Shown: positions 1-11,610 of the stretch, in pieces | Layout: each line of letters begins with the position of its first letter | How positions within the stretch are numbered: position 1 is the first letter of the stretch | From: Azolla caroliniana | Lineage: Eukaryota > Plantae > Polypodiophyta | Direction: 5' to 3' | Assembly: GCA_043228905.1 (NCBI GenBank) | Contig: JBHGNT010000004.1 | Coordinates: 18,352,001 to 18,416,000 of the forward strand | DNA length: 64,000 nt | Position numbers and translations under genes: made by a program | Notes under the pieces: model-generated | The model's database searches: none | Told to the model about the DNA's origin: nothing | Seen by the model: only the letters and a program-made list of their open reading frames with translations

Positions 1-3000
1 TCGTCGGTGTGGATCTTCGTCAGCACAAACTCCTTGTCTTCTATCCTTTCCCGGATCCAGTGGTATCTACGCTGGATGTGTTTCGTCCGGGAGTGATAGG
101 CTGCGTTCTTCGCAAGGTGGATGGCACTCTGACTGTCGCAGTAGAGTCGGTACTCCTCTTGCCGGATACCGAGCTCTCTAATGAAGTCCTTCATCCATAT
201 TATTTCCTTGCCGGCTTCAACAGCCGCCATGTACTCCGCCTCCGTGGTTGACAACGCAACCGTCTTCTGCAGCCTCGACTGCCATGAAACAGCTCCCCCT
301 GCATACGTCATCACATACCCTGATGTGGACCGGCTGGTATCTGCATCAGCCGACATATCCGAATCGGTGAAACCGTCGAGTTCGGGTTTACCGGAGCCGA
401 ATCGGAGGCACACATTCGCTGTGCCCTTCAGGTATCGAAGTATCCACTTGACCGCGTTCCAATGCTCTTTGCCGGGATTGCTCATGTACCGGCTCACCAC
501 TCCGACTGCATATCCGATGTCCGGTCTCGTACACACCATGGCGTACATCAAGCTCCCGACGGCTGAGGCATACGGCACTTTCATCATATCCTCCTTCTCA
601 GCCTTTGTCTTGGGACTTTGCTTGCTCGACAGCTTGCAGTTTGCCGGGAGGGTCGATCCGACCGGTCTTGCTTCCGACATGTTGAACCGGTGAAGCACCT
701 TCGTCACGTACTTCTCCTGTGACAGCCACAACTGCTTCTTCTTCCGGTCCCGGATGATGTGCATCCCTAGTATTTGCCTCGCCGGACCCAGGTCCTTCAT
801 TGAGAAGGTTCGGTGAAGAGCCTTCTTCAGCATCCGTATCTTGACCTGGTCCCGTCCGACGATCAACATGTCGTCCACGTACAGGAGGAGTATTAGAAAG
901 TCTCCTCCTTCGAACTTCTTCACAAATACGCAATGGTCGGACTGCGTTTTGAGGTACCCTTCGTCGGTCATGAAGGAGTCGAACTTCCGGTACCATTGCC
1001 GGGGAGCCTGCTTCAGTCCGTAAAGGCTCTTCTTCAACCGGCATACCAGGTGCTCCTTCCCTTCCTCCTCGAATCCTTCCGGTTGCTGCATGTAGATCTC
1101 TTCATCGAGGTCGCCGTGAAGGAATGCCGTCTTCACGTCCATCTGTTCTACCTCGAGGTCCATGCTTGCCGCTATGCTCAGCACCGTCCGGATGGAGGTC
1201 ATCTTCACTACCGGGGCAAATATCTCGTCGAAGTCGACGCCCTTCTTTTGCTGAAACCCCTTCACCACGATCCTGGCTTTGTATCTCGGGGGGTTTTCGG
1301 CATCTCCCAGTTTCAGCTTGAACACCCACTTGTTTCGAAGTGCCCGCTTTCCCTTCGGCAACTCCACAAGTTCATATGTGTGGTTCTCATGCAGGGAATC
1401 CATCTCGTCCTGCATGGCACTCAACCACCTGCGGCTCTGGGTGTCATGCTTCGCTTCTTCAAAGCTCTCCGGCTCCCCCTCGTCGGTTAGCAGCACGTGC
1501 TCTGGTTCCGGAAATCTCCGGGGGGCCCTTCTCTCTCTTAGAGGATATCTCCGTTCCGGAGCTTCGGTAACCGGTTCTTCCGATTCTTCTTCATCCGAGA
1601 CCATTTCGGGATCGGGGCCGGTTCCGGTATCATTTTCATCTTCTTCGGCCGGTTCTGTGTCTTCACCGTCTTCGGCCGGATCCTCGAGTGCTAACCGGTC
1701 CCTTGCCGGTCGGGACTGCTCCTCGTAGAGTTGATCCTTACCGGTCGACTTGGAGCTCTTCATCTTCTTCTCCGACTCCCAGTCGGCGAGTGTCTTGTTC
1801 TCCATGAAGATGATATCACGACTCCGGAAAATCTTATTGTCGACCGGGTCCCATACTCGGTAGCCGAACTCGTCGTCGCCGTAGCCGAGGAATATGCATG
1901 GCCGGGTCTTCGGATCTAGCTTTCCTCTCCGGTCCTTTGCCACATGCACGTATGCGAGACACCCGAACACCTTCAGATGCCGGTAGGATACTTCCCTACC
2001 GGTCCACACTCTCTGCGGCGTGTCTCCGTCCAAAGGTACTGAGGGTGATCGGTTTATCACATATGTCGCCGTCGACATTGCCTCAGCCCAAAATCCCTTG
2101 GGTAATTTCGCATGCGCCAGCATACTCCGGACCCTCTCCATTATGGTCCGGTTCATCCTCTCGGCCAGCCCGTTCAGTTCCGGCGTCTTCGGCACAGTAA
2201 ACTCGAGTCGGATTCCCTTCGAGCGACAGTACTCCTGGAACTGTCCCCGGTATTCTCCTCCGTTATCCGCTCGTATCGCTTTCAGCTTCTTGCCGGATTC
2301 CCTTTCCACTCTTGCGTGGAGTTCTTTGAAGACGCACAACACTTGGTCCTTTGTCTTTAGCGGTGCCGTCCACAGTCTTCGGCTGTGATCATCTATGAAA
2401 GTTACGAAGTACTGGGCTCCGCCATGTGACTTCGTTTCTACCTGACACACGTCGGTGTGCACCAACTCCAATGGTGCGCTACGTCTCGTCGGTGGCCTTG
2501 AGTGGAAGGAGGTTCGGTTCTGCTTACCGGCCAGGCAATCGGTGCACTTCTCCAGGTGCACGTGCTTCACTGGAATAAGGTTGTCTTCTGCAAGCCTCTT
2601 CATCCCCTTCTCACTCATGTGGCACAGTCTTTTGTGCCACAGCTCACCGGCAGTGTCAGCTGCCACATTCAGCTCTTCCGGACATAGCCGGGCATTCATC
2701 AGGTACAGTGTGTTGACCTTCCGGGCCCGAGCCACTATCAAGCTCCCCTTGCTGAACTTCATGACACCGTTCCGGATGCTACCCGTGTAGCCTTCATCAT
2801 CTAGCCTCCCGGCCGAAATCAGGTTCAGTCGGACCTCCGGAACGTGTCGGACATTCTTCAGCAGCATTTTGCATCCGGTCGGGGTTGTCAACCACACGTC
2901 TCCTATGCCGGCAATCCGGCACGTACCTTCGTTTCCCATCCGAACACAGCCATGCTCGCCGGCTGTGTAGGATGAGAAGTATCTTCTCTCCGGGGTCAGG

Positions 3001-3977
3001 TGGAACGATGCTCCGGAATCGACCACCCAGGTCGTCTCATCGCCGGCAATGTTTAGTTCACCTTCTTCGGTGATGAGCATGATTTCTTCCTCACTTGCCG
3101 CGAGTGCCATTGTTCCTTTCCGGTCCTGTCCTCGCCGATCCGAACCATTCCGGTCCGTGGCTCCCCGGTATGCACCGTTTCTCTCCGGTGACTTCTTCGG
3201 ATCGGTGTTGTCGGTTCCAATGTCTTTTCGGTAATGCCGACAATTCTTTCGGAAGTGCCCCGGCTTCCCACAGTGGAAGCATGTGGGCCTTCCTCTTGAC
3301 TGCGACCGGGTCCCCGACTTCTCCCGTCTTTGCGGACTCCGGTTCCATTGTCTTCCCCGATCCGATTCGGTAAACAACATCTTCGAGTCGGAGGCCGGTT
3401 CCTTATCTCTCCGACGCGCTTCTTCATTCAAAATACTTGTCTTTACCGTTTGTAAGGACAAGTTATCTTCGGTGCAGGAGGTGCTGAGAGTCACCACCAA
3501 GTTCTCCCAGCTAACTGGCAATGTACACATCAGGATGATGGCTTGCATTGCATCCTCCAACGGGAACTTGATCGCCGCAAGCTGGTTCACGAATCCCATG
3601 AACGTGCTTACGTGTTCCACCATACTCTCGCCGTCCCGATACTTGAGATTCACAATCTTCCTCATCAGGGAGGTCCGATTCAGCGCATTCTTCCTCTCGT
3701 AGAGGCCCGACAGCTTCCGCCACATCTCATATGCGTTGGTGTCGTTCGCCACATGTTGTAGAACGCTTACGTCGACATATTGTCGGATCGTCGCTACGGC
3801 TTTCCGGTTCAGGAGCTTCCACTCCGACTCAAGTACCCCCTTCGGTATTTCCGACCTGTCAATCGGTTCGTACAGGTCCCGAACAATCAGAAGATCCTCC
3901 ATCTTGATCTTCCAGTCGGCGTAATTCTGTGCATTCAGCACCATCATCATCGGTTGCCCGCTGCCGCCGCCTTCCAT
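1..3977 (-). CDS. Copia gag-pol polyprotein, apparently uninterrupted, 3'-partial (~1325 aa in window)
   Basis: ATG at 3977 (MEGGGSGQPMMMVLNAQNYADWKIKMEDLL), zinc knuckle CFHCGKPGHFRKNC, protease WVVDSGASFH, RT LYVDDM (~870-885), RNase H LYCDSQSAIHLAKN..HSRTKHI. The frame at the window edge matches the start frame and the ORF track lists no terminated ORF in this frame. Confidence 0.88.
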   Translation of the reverse strand, partial: MEGGGSGQPMMMVLNAQNYADWKIKMEDLLIVRDLYEPIDRSEIPKGVLESEWKLLNRKAVATIRQYVDVSVLQHVANDTNAYEMWRKLSGLYERKNALNRTSLMRKIVNLKYRDGESMVEHVSTFMGFVNQLAAIKFPLEDAMQAIILMCTLPVSWENLVVTLSTSCTEDNLSLQTVKTSILNEEARRRDKEPASDSKMLFTESDRGRQWNRSPQRREKSGTRSQSRGRPTCFHCGKPGHFRKNCRHYRKDIGTDNTDPKKSPERNGAYRGATDRNGSDRRGQDRKGTMALAASEEEIMLITEEGELNIAGDETTWVVDSGASFHLTPERRYFSSYTAGEHGCVRMGNEGTCRIAGIGDVWLTTPTGCKMLLKNVRHVPEVRLNLISAGRLDDEGYTGSIRNGVMKFSKGSLIVARARKVNTLYLMNARLCPEELNVAADTAGELWHKRLCHMSEKGMKRLAEDNLIPVKHVHLEKCTDCLAGKQNRTSFHSRPPTRRSAPLELVHTDVCQVETKSHGGAQYFVTFIDDHSRRLWTAPLKTKDQVLCVFKELHARVERESGKKLKAIRADNGGEYRGQFQEYCRSKGIRLEFTVPKTPELNGLAERMNRTIMERVRSMLAHAKLPKGFWAEAMSTATYVINRSPSVPLDGDTPQRVWTGREVSYRHLKVFGCLAYVHVAKDRRGKLDPKTRPCIFLGYGDDEFGYRVWDPVDNKIFRSRDIIFMENKTLADWESEKKMKSSKSTGKDQLYEEQSRPARDRLALEDPAEDGEDTEPAEEDENDTGTGPDPEMVSDEEESEEPVTEAPERRYPLRERRAPRRFPEPEHVLLTDEGEPESFEEAKHDTQSRRWLSAMQDEMDSLHENHTYELVELPKGKRALRNKWVFKLKLGDAENPPRYKARIVVKGFQQKKGVDFDEIFAPVVKMTSIRTVLSIAASMDLEVEQMDVKTAFLHGDLDEEIYMQQPEGFEEEGKEHLVCRLKKSLYGLKQAPRQWYRKFDSFMTDEGYLKTQSDHCVFVKKFEGGDFLILLLYVDDMLIVGRDQVKIRMLKKALHRTFSMKDLGPARQILGMHIIRDRKKKQLWLSQEKYVTKVLHRFNMSEARPVGSTLPANCKLSSKQSPKTKAEKEDMMKVPYASAVGSLMYAMVCTRPDIGYAVGVVSRYMSNPGKEHWNAVKWILRYLKGTANVCLRFGSGKPELDGFTDSDMSADADTSRSTSGYVMTYAGGAVSWQSRLQKTVALSTTEAEYMAAVEAGKEIIWMKDFIRELGIRQEEYRLYCDSQSAIHLAKNAAYHSRTKHIQRRYHWIRERIEDKEFVLTKIHTD

Positions 3978-3991
3978 TTTCTGCAACAGTC

Positions 3992-4003
3992 GCTCTGATA
4001 CCA
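3992..4003 (-). promoter_or_regulatory. Primer-binding site, initiator tRNA-Met
   Basis: GCTCTGATACCA on plus = TGGTATCAGAGC on minus, 3 nt from LTR end. Confidence 0.93.
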
Positions 4004-4006
4004 GTT

Positions 4007-4622
4007 TGTAAGGAATAGACCCTTCTATTCACCTTCTTCTCTCAGCCACAACCGATTAATCGCGGATCAATGGAGCAGAAAATAGGAAACACACGTAGAA
4101 ACAAAACGAAGAAACGCGAGTACACAAGGATTAACGTGGAAAACCCTATATGGGAAAAAACCACGGGAGTGCGAGGCTCCAAACCAAACTATGCACAGAG
4201 AGATTTACAATGGCGAGCTGCAAGGCAACGACCTTGAGCTCGCTTCCTTCGCCACAGGCGGCGGTGTTACACAGAGGCGTCGACCTCTTCCTCTCTCGCG
4301 CTCTCTCTCTCACGGCTGCTCTCTCTTCACTCCTCTAAAGTGGAAAAACAGAAAAATGAGAAGCAACAGTAAAACTGTTTGCCCTAAGTCATATTTATAC
4401 TTATATGACTTTGGGCTATTTACAACTATAGCCTCAAGGGGGCTCGTAGCGAACATATTCACGGATATGTCCCTGCATCCGGATCGATCTCCGGGTACAT
4501 TCGTCATCCGGCACCGAAGCCGGGGTCTTCGTCATCCGGATCCGAAAAAACCGAAACCGGGCTTGTCGGCATTCATCTCCTATATCCGACCATCCCATCC
4601 GAAAGGGACCGAAATCCCAACA
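4007..4622 (-). repeat. 5' LTR of the Tnt1-like copia element
   Basis: TGTTGGG...TACA termini on minus, adjacent to PBS; shares motifs (GGGTTTTCCACGT, GGTCGTTGCC) with LTR pieces at ~47135-47444 and 59601-60185. Confidence 0.85.
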
Positions 4623-6705
4623 GTGCCAACCCGAAGATGATAGAGCTGATGCTGATATTTACGGTGCCGCATGTACCTTGGAACCTCAAGTCAATACCGG
4701 TTCCAAGACCTCACATTCCGAAGCTGATTGAGCTTCTAAAAGAAAAGGTTAGGATGGGAATGCTTGAGCCGTCCAATGCTCCCTACTCCAATAGATGGTT
4801 TACGGTGCCAAAGAAGAATGGATCCTTATGCTTTATTCAAAATCTCCAACCCGTCAACAAGATGACGATCCGAAATGTCAGAATTGGTCCAAGCGTGGAT
4901 GAATTTGCCGAAGCCTTCGCGGGAAGATCGATCTATTCCATTGGTGATATCTACTCGGGCTATGATCAATATTAATTGTCAGTCGATAGTAGAGACATTA
5001 CAACAATGAGGACACCGATCGAGTTGGTAAGGATGTGCACCTTACCCCAAGGTGCAACAAACTCCATAGCCCACATGGTGAATGCCATGAACAAAGTGTT
5101 AAAGGATTGTATTTCTGATATCACCATGCCCTTCTTAGATGACATTCCGATCACAGGATGCTTGGTGGAAGAAATAGATGAATCAAAAGATGAAGATGGT
5201 TGCTGAAGATTCGTCATTGATCATATAAAGGATAGCAAGAAGGTGTTGCAAAAGCTTGAGGATGCAAATCTCACATTTTCGGGAGAGAAGTCTGCATTCA
5301 ATCAGCCAGAAATATTGGTAGTAGGACACTTGTGTGGATCTTATGGTCGGAAGCCATCTCCATCCAAGGTGAATTCTATCCAAAGTTATGAAAGAGGACT
5401 GTGAGTCCCAAACAGAGGTGAGAAGATTCTTGGTAGCATATGCATTCTACCACATATGAATTCCACACTATGCCCATGTCGCTGAACCATTTTATGGACT
5501 ACTAAAGAAAAGGAAGAAGTTTGAATGGGAAGATGAGCATACCTACGCGGTTCAAAAGTTGAAGAAACTATTATTGGAAGCTCTAGCATAGTGCAAAGCC
5601 GACTACACCAAAGGTAACCCGATATATGTGACAGTGGATACGAGCCCAACCGGAATTGGATGGGTGATTAACCAAGAAGACAACGACAAAAATCGGTATG
5701 CAATCCAATTCAGTGCAAAGGTGTTGACCGAAAGACAAAGAAAGTACACCCAAGTAAAGAGAGAGCTATGGGGAATAGTATCTGCGATTAAAACCGATCG
5801 TGACTACCTTATCAGAACGGAAGTCGTAATCGAAACCGATTGTCTACCTATTCTCGAGATGATATCCGGTTGTGCTACACCGGATATTGCTATGCTACGA
5901 TGGAGTGCCTATATCAAGTCGCTCAACCCCAAGATTTGACATATAATGGGGAAACATAATGTGGTGGCCGATATGTTGTCAAGGGCAAGGTACGAGGGTG
6001 AAGAGGATCCGTGCTCCGATGAAGAGGATGTTGGCCTAAACTTCGTTATGGTTTCTTGTGCTCGGGTGCTAGCGGTATTTAAAGTAGAAGATTATGAGGG
6101 TGAATTCATCGAAATTGGCAAGTACTTAAGCTCTCTTACGAAGGCTGAATCATGGTCAAAGGAAGACTTCTACCAAATTAGGAAGAAGGCCTACAAATTC
6201 TTCCTCAAAGAAGGACATATATGGACGTTTCCAAAGAGGAAAAATGGAACTCCACTTCAAGTGGTGTGCAAGAAACAAGATCAACAAACACTAATTACTG
6301 AATTTCATGATAGTGTGTGGGCAGGTCATCAAGGTATATGGGCAACTTTTGCAAAGCTCAAGGAGAAGTATTGGTGGCTGGGCGTTTACAAAGAAGTAGC
6401 AAGCTATGTTGAAACATGTCCACAATGCCAAATATACTCAAATGTTCAACATAGGGATGAACTTCATCCGACATATCCATTATCAATGCACTATAAGTGG
6501 TTGGTAGACATAGTGGTTATGCCAAGGGGATTGTGGCAAATGAGATACCTCGTGCTAGCAAGTGAGGATCTCACCAACCAAGTAGAAGGTGGGGCACTGA
6601 GGAATAAAAACAACTTTGGCGGTTTGCAAGTTTCTCCTTGAAGATGTTATTTGTCGATACAGATGTGTCGGCAAAATGGTACCCGATAGAGGAGAATTAG
6701 ATCCA
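4623..6705 (+). pseudogene. Degenerate Ty3/gypsy pol fragment (RT, RNase H, integrase N-terminus), same lineage as the element at 56460-64000
   Basis: VPHVPWNLKSIPVPR...MPFLDDIPI (RT), VDTSPTGIGW...ETDC (RH), HDSVWAGH...CPQCQ (IN zinc finger), DRGELD; stops and frameshifts. Confidence 0.92.
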
Positions 6706-6888
6706 AAACTTTATCCACCACCTTTAAGAAGAACAAAACTTTATCTCCTTCGAGAAGTGTTTGGTCGGTTCTCGGGAGACGATTGTACATTTGGTCAAAT
6801 TCGGTATACACTCCTGATGTGTTCATGTTCTTCCCCTTCTTCTCGATTCACTTCATCAACGTATGACGAGTCATCCTCGATGCATCTT
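6706..6888 (-). pseudogene. Inverted gypsy gag fragment
   Basis: Minus translation DASRMTRHTLMK*IEKKGKNMNTSGVYTEFDQMYNRLPRTDQTLLEGDKVLFFLKVVD aligns by eye with gag at 57394 (DDSLWLSRRDFMAWVESPKKGRNTSALLQEFEKRFAWLSTLDRTVLEMSRVLLFVKSVD). Confidence 0.7.
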
Positions 6889-7308
6889 TGTGAAAGATTG
6901 GTTGCGGAAGCGATAGAAAGAACAATACACAAAGAGAGGGAGAGAGTACGCGGGAGAGAGAGAGAGAGAGCAGGACACACTATTTTTCAAAATTACATGA
7001 ATACTTTGTGCTCTCTGTATGTACAACGCGGTCATCAGCGCTATTTATACAAGTCCACACGTGACTGTTAGGAGTACGGTGTACTTCAATGCTCACATGA
7101 GCATCTGAGACTAACTATGAGACTATAATTGCCTAGTAGTCTAACATACTAGGCTTCCGGTTACGGATTGGATCCGGCATACCGGCTCCCCAGCTCACCG
7201 GTACTTACTGCTTACCGGTTCGGTTGCTCAGTGGCATACCGATTCATCTTGCTTACCGGTTCAGGCTTATTCAGTCGATCCGGTTACGGTTGAGCTTGCC
7301 GCTCAACA
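6889..7308 (-). repeat. 3' LTR of copia family A element
   Basis: TGTTGAGC...TTTCACA on minus, immediately after the PPT. Confidence 0.85.
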
Positions 7309-10300
7309 CTCCCCCTCAAGCTCAACCTGAGGTAGGGTCGTAGTGTCAACCTCTGTGGCAGCCGGTTCTTCCAATCGACTTCTCCTGGTGTTGCTTCGCC
7401 TTAATCGCGCTCCTTGTCCGGTCCGGTCCCGTTTGCCTCGACCCCTTTGGTTCTTCACGCCTCTACCTTCGGCATGTCTGCTCAATAGGCCCATCTCAGC
7501 ACTTGCTATGACTCCAGCACTTGCCGATCCGTCGGTTCCTCCGCGATGGCATCGACTTCCACTGCGTCCGTGTCTCCTTGGCCTCTCGTTGATCCGACTC
7601 ATCCGGATCCGTCTGTTGATTCGAATCGGCTGTCTCCGACTCGTTCTAGCTCTTGTCCGAATCAGTATCCTCCGATTCGATTTTCGGCTTCAGGCCTCTC
7701 ACCACATCGGACCACGTCCAGGTCTTGGCCTTCTCCGTGCTTCCCTTGGTTTCTTCAACCGGTTCACTGAAGTCGAATTCTTCATTCGACTCTACATCAT
7801 GGCCATTACGATCGTGATGACCTTCGCATAGCATGGACTTCTCTTCCTGAGTGTACACTTCTTCTTCACAGCCGCTCACTCCGATCTGTTCGGATGTGTC
7901 GACTTCCTTCGTTGACTCGGCTTCATTTTTCTTCTTGTCTCCACCTCTACCGGTTCTTCTCTTACCTACGGGTTCAACAAATTTTTTTTGCCTTTGCGCG
8001 TTTCGGTAGTGTCTTTGCCCTTGCGTCTCCCCCTCAAGTGCGGCACGTCGAGATGCTGAACACCAAGCATTTCGGAAAAGTGTTGCAACTTGTCCGACCC
8101 GTGTGGTTTGGTGAAGATGTCGGCAACTTGCCAATCCGTGTGAACATACCGTAGTTCAACTTCACCGCTCATGACCCGCTCACGCACGAAGTGATAATGC
8201 ACTTCTATGTGCTTTGTGCGAGCATGGAACACAGGGTTCTTGGCGAGTTGCATGCTACTGAGGTTATCGCAGTAGATCAGGATCGGGGTCGGTACCTCGA
8301 TCCGCAGGTCTTGCAGTAGTCGCCGAAGCCAAATGGCTTCGCAAGTGGCAACGGTCGCACCCCGGTATTCATCCTTAGTGCTGGATAGAGTCATTGTTGG
8401 CTGCTTTTTGCTACTCCACGCAATAGCCGTGCTCCCAAGAGAAAACATAAAGTCGGAAGTTGAGCAACGATCCGTTGCATCGCCAGCCCAGTCGGCATCC
8501 GTGTAGCCAACAAGCTCTTCGGTTATACCTTGCCGGTATAAGAGCCCCCAGTCCTTAGTGCCGCTTACATACCTCAGTATTAGTTGCACGCACTGAAGGT
8601 GCTCCACAATCGGCTTATGCATGAGTTGGCTTACCACTCTGACCGGATAGCTAATGTCGGGTCAGGTGATGGTCAAGTAAATCAGGCTTCCGACTATTTG
8701 TCGGAACCTTTTCTCATCGCAGGTTGGTCCAGAGTTGGGACGGATCTTCTGATTCCGGTCCAGGGGTGTGGAGACACGTCGGCATTCCATCATGCCGAAC
8801 TTGTATAGTATATTCAACACATAATGGCGTTGAGAAAGCAATATGTCGTCGAGGGTGCGGATCGCCTCGATCCCCAAAAAATAATGAAGGTCCCCCAAGT
8901 CCTTCATATCTAATGCGTCCAACAACTGGGACTTGACACGGTTGATTTCTGGAAGACCTGGGCCGGTGATGACTAAATCATCCACATAGAGTAAGATACA
9001 TACCGAACCGTTTAAGCCTTGACGGATGAACAGGGAAGAGTCCAACTTAGAGGCACCAAACCCCATCTTTCGCAACCGGTGCGTGATCTTAGCATTCCAA
9101 GCACGGGGGGCTTGCTTCAAGCCGTACAACGACTTCCTCAGCTAGCATGCCACCGACTTGTTCACCTCCGATTGAAATCCTGGGGTTGAGTCATAAAGAC
9201 TTCTTCTTCAAGATCTCCTTGAAGGAAGGCATTCTTCACATCCATTTGATGAAGATGCCACCCCCTTGCCGCAACAACCACCAGTACCACACGAACCGTC
9301 GTCATCTTCGTTACAGGAGCGAAGGTCTCGTCGTAGTCGATTCCGTGGGTCTGCGCATATCCCTTCGCCACTAACCGGGCCTTGTACCGGTTAACTGTAC
9401 CGTCGGCATTGTACTTTACCTTGTACACCCACTTGCATCCGATCAGTTTACAGTGACGAGGAGGGTCAACTAGGTCCCCAGTTCCGTTGGCATCTAGTGC
9501 CCGCATTTCTTCCTCCATAGCGGCACGCCAATTTGCGTCCTTTGCCGCTTCTGCGTAGCTCTCCGGCTCACGCACTTCCGCGACCTTGGTCATGTACGCA
9601 TAATGATGTGCCATGTACTTGTTATACCCGTACCGTCTAACAGGATCCTTCTGGTGGGTGGACCGGCGTAACTCACCGTTACCCGGTATGAGACCCTTCT
9701 TGGCCGGTTTTGTCTTCGTTCCCGAAGATCTACCTATGTCCTTGCCGAAGTCAGATTCGCACCGATCCGACTCATCATTGCCGGTCTCGAATTCCGGCAT
9801 CTTCTGCTTCCCTTTCTCTTTGCGTGTGAACCGTCTCCTCGGTTCCATGCACGGGGAGAGCACGACAGAGTCTCCACTACTTGCCGACTGGTTGGATTGA
9901 TCCAGTCTCTCATTCGGTCCGCTTAACCGGAATGATTCCGGAATCTCATCTTGAGTCCCGGCCTCATCTTTCTCTACCTGGGCCGGTTCAGGCTCACTAG
10001 CCCCATCCTCCGACATCAGGTCGGGATCAGAAGTTGGAGTTGGTAAGGAATACCACGATGCTAATTCATCAAACTCGACATCTCGGCTAACTCGGACCTG
10101 CTTCGTCCGGGGGTTATAACACTTATACCCCTTTTGCTCTTGAGCATAGCCGACTAGGATGCATTTTTCCAATTTTGCATCCAGCTTTCTCCGCTTCTCA
10201 TCCGGCACATGTACATAGGCTATGTTACCAAATATTCGGAGGTGTCTCAAATTCGGCTTGCGCCCAAAATACAGCTCGTGAGCTGACACCTTGTCCCCGA

Positions 10301-11609
10301 TCCAGTTCTGGGTGTAAACGACCGTTGGACCGCCTCCGCCCAGTAGAACTTAGGCATGCTCTTTTCCTCCAGCGTTGCCCTAGTCGCGTCAATCAGTGAC
10401 CGATTCTTCCTTTCGGCCACACCGTTCGGTTGCGGTGTGTATCTGTAGCTGAATTCTCGCCGAATTCCTTTTTGTTGCGTATAGTTGTTGAATTGGCCGA
10501 AAAAGTACTCTTTTCCGCCATCCGACCGTAGGCATTTGATCTTCCTCTCCAATTCCCGTTCCACCATCTTCTGGAGGCTCCGGAAACACTTGAAGACTTT
10601 GCTCTTCCGCTCAATGAGGTAGATCCACGTATGCCGCGTGTAGTCATCGATGAAGGAGACGAAATATCGACTCCCGCTAATGCTAACATTTTGTGTCGGT
10701 TCCCACACATCCGAATGGATAAGATCGAGCTTCTTACGGCTTCGATTTCTTTCGGTGGGGAATGGAAGCCGGTGTTGCTTCCCGAGTTGGCAGGCTTCAC
10801 AAATCTGGGCTCTCTGGCTGCTAAACTTCGGCAAATCAAAACGGACTTGTTCTGTTTGCAGGTCTTGAAGCCTCTGGTAGTTGACGTGGCCGATCTGCTT
10901 GTGCCACAGGTCGATATCCGACTCGACCTTCTGTCCTTTGGCAAATAGTGCGGTGCCGATGTCATTGGTGTTGAGGATAAACATTCTCCCATCTCTGTGC
11001 CCTTGCGCAATAACTTCGCCCTCATCCTCAATGAAGCACTCGAGGTGCGTAAATCGCACCTGCATCCCCTGGTCGACGATCTGTCCAACCGACACCAGAT
11101 TCTTCGTGATCGTCGGAACATGTAATACATTCATCAGCTTCCCCTTCTGTCCAACGTGGCTCAAAGGGACTTCTTCGATGTGCACGATCGGGTGGGGAGT
11201 GTCGTCTCCGGTTTCGACAACTCCCGGTTGATTCGACTTCTCCAAAAAGGAGAACCACTCCTCGTGGCTCGTCATGTGGTTCGATGCGCCGAAGTCAACG
11301 TACCACACTTCCTTGTACAAACCGCAGTCCAGAAAGCTCCGAACTTGGACGCCAGGCTTCCAAGACAGACCTGCACCATCTCGTCTTCCTCTACGGTGAC
11401 GTTAATAGAGGCAAGCGAGTCACAGATCCCAATCATCCGAGCTGTGTAATCTGGCACCGACATGTTCTTCTGTCGAACATTGCTCAACTCCTGTCTGAGT
11501 TGCAGCTTCCGGGCAGTGGTGCTTGTGGTGAAAACCTTTTTCAAGTTTCCCCAAGCATCCTTCGGTGTCTTGGCGTCACGCATATGGCTGAGTAGCTGGT
11601 CACCGACAC
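6889..11609 (-). mobile_element. Degenerate Ty1/copia element (family A): partial gag, PR, IN, RT, RH, extended 3' region, PPT, 3' LTR; 5' end truncated
   Basis: ORFs 11272-11835 (gag part), 10247-11320 (WYVDFGASNHM, CEACQLGKQH), 9162-10289, 8662-9129 (LYVDDL), 7966-8637 (RH); PPT CTTGAGGGGGAG at 7309-7320. Confidence 0.93.
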
Positions 11610-11610
11610 C

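Larger units (their letters stand above)
1..4622 (-). mobile_element. Ty1/copia LTR retrotransposon (Tnt1-like), 5' LTR plus nearly complete internal region; 3' end beyond left edge of window
   Basis: 5' LTR 4007-4622 (TG...CA on minus), PBS TGGTATCAGAGC at 3992-4003, gag-PR-IN-RT-RH domain order. Confidence 0.95.

Noticed and set aside
9-3998. Many plus-strand ORFs over 1-4 kb (and similar antisense ORFs over other elements)
   Set aside because: Shadow ORFs of the GC-rich gag-pol on the opposite strand
7303-8134. env-like gene in the copia 3' region
   Set aside because: Short, charged, low-complexity ORFs with no transmembrane segment on the element's strand
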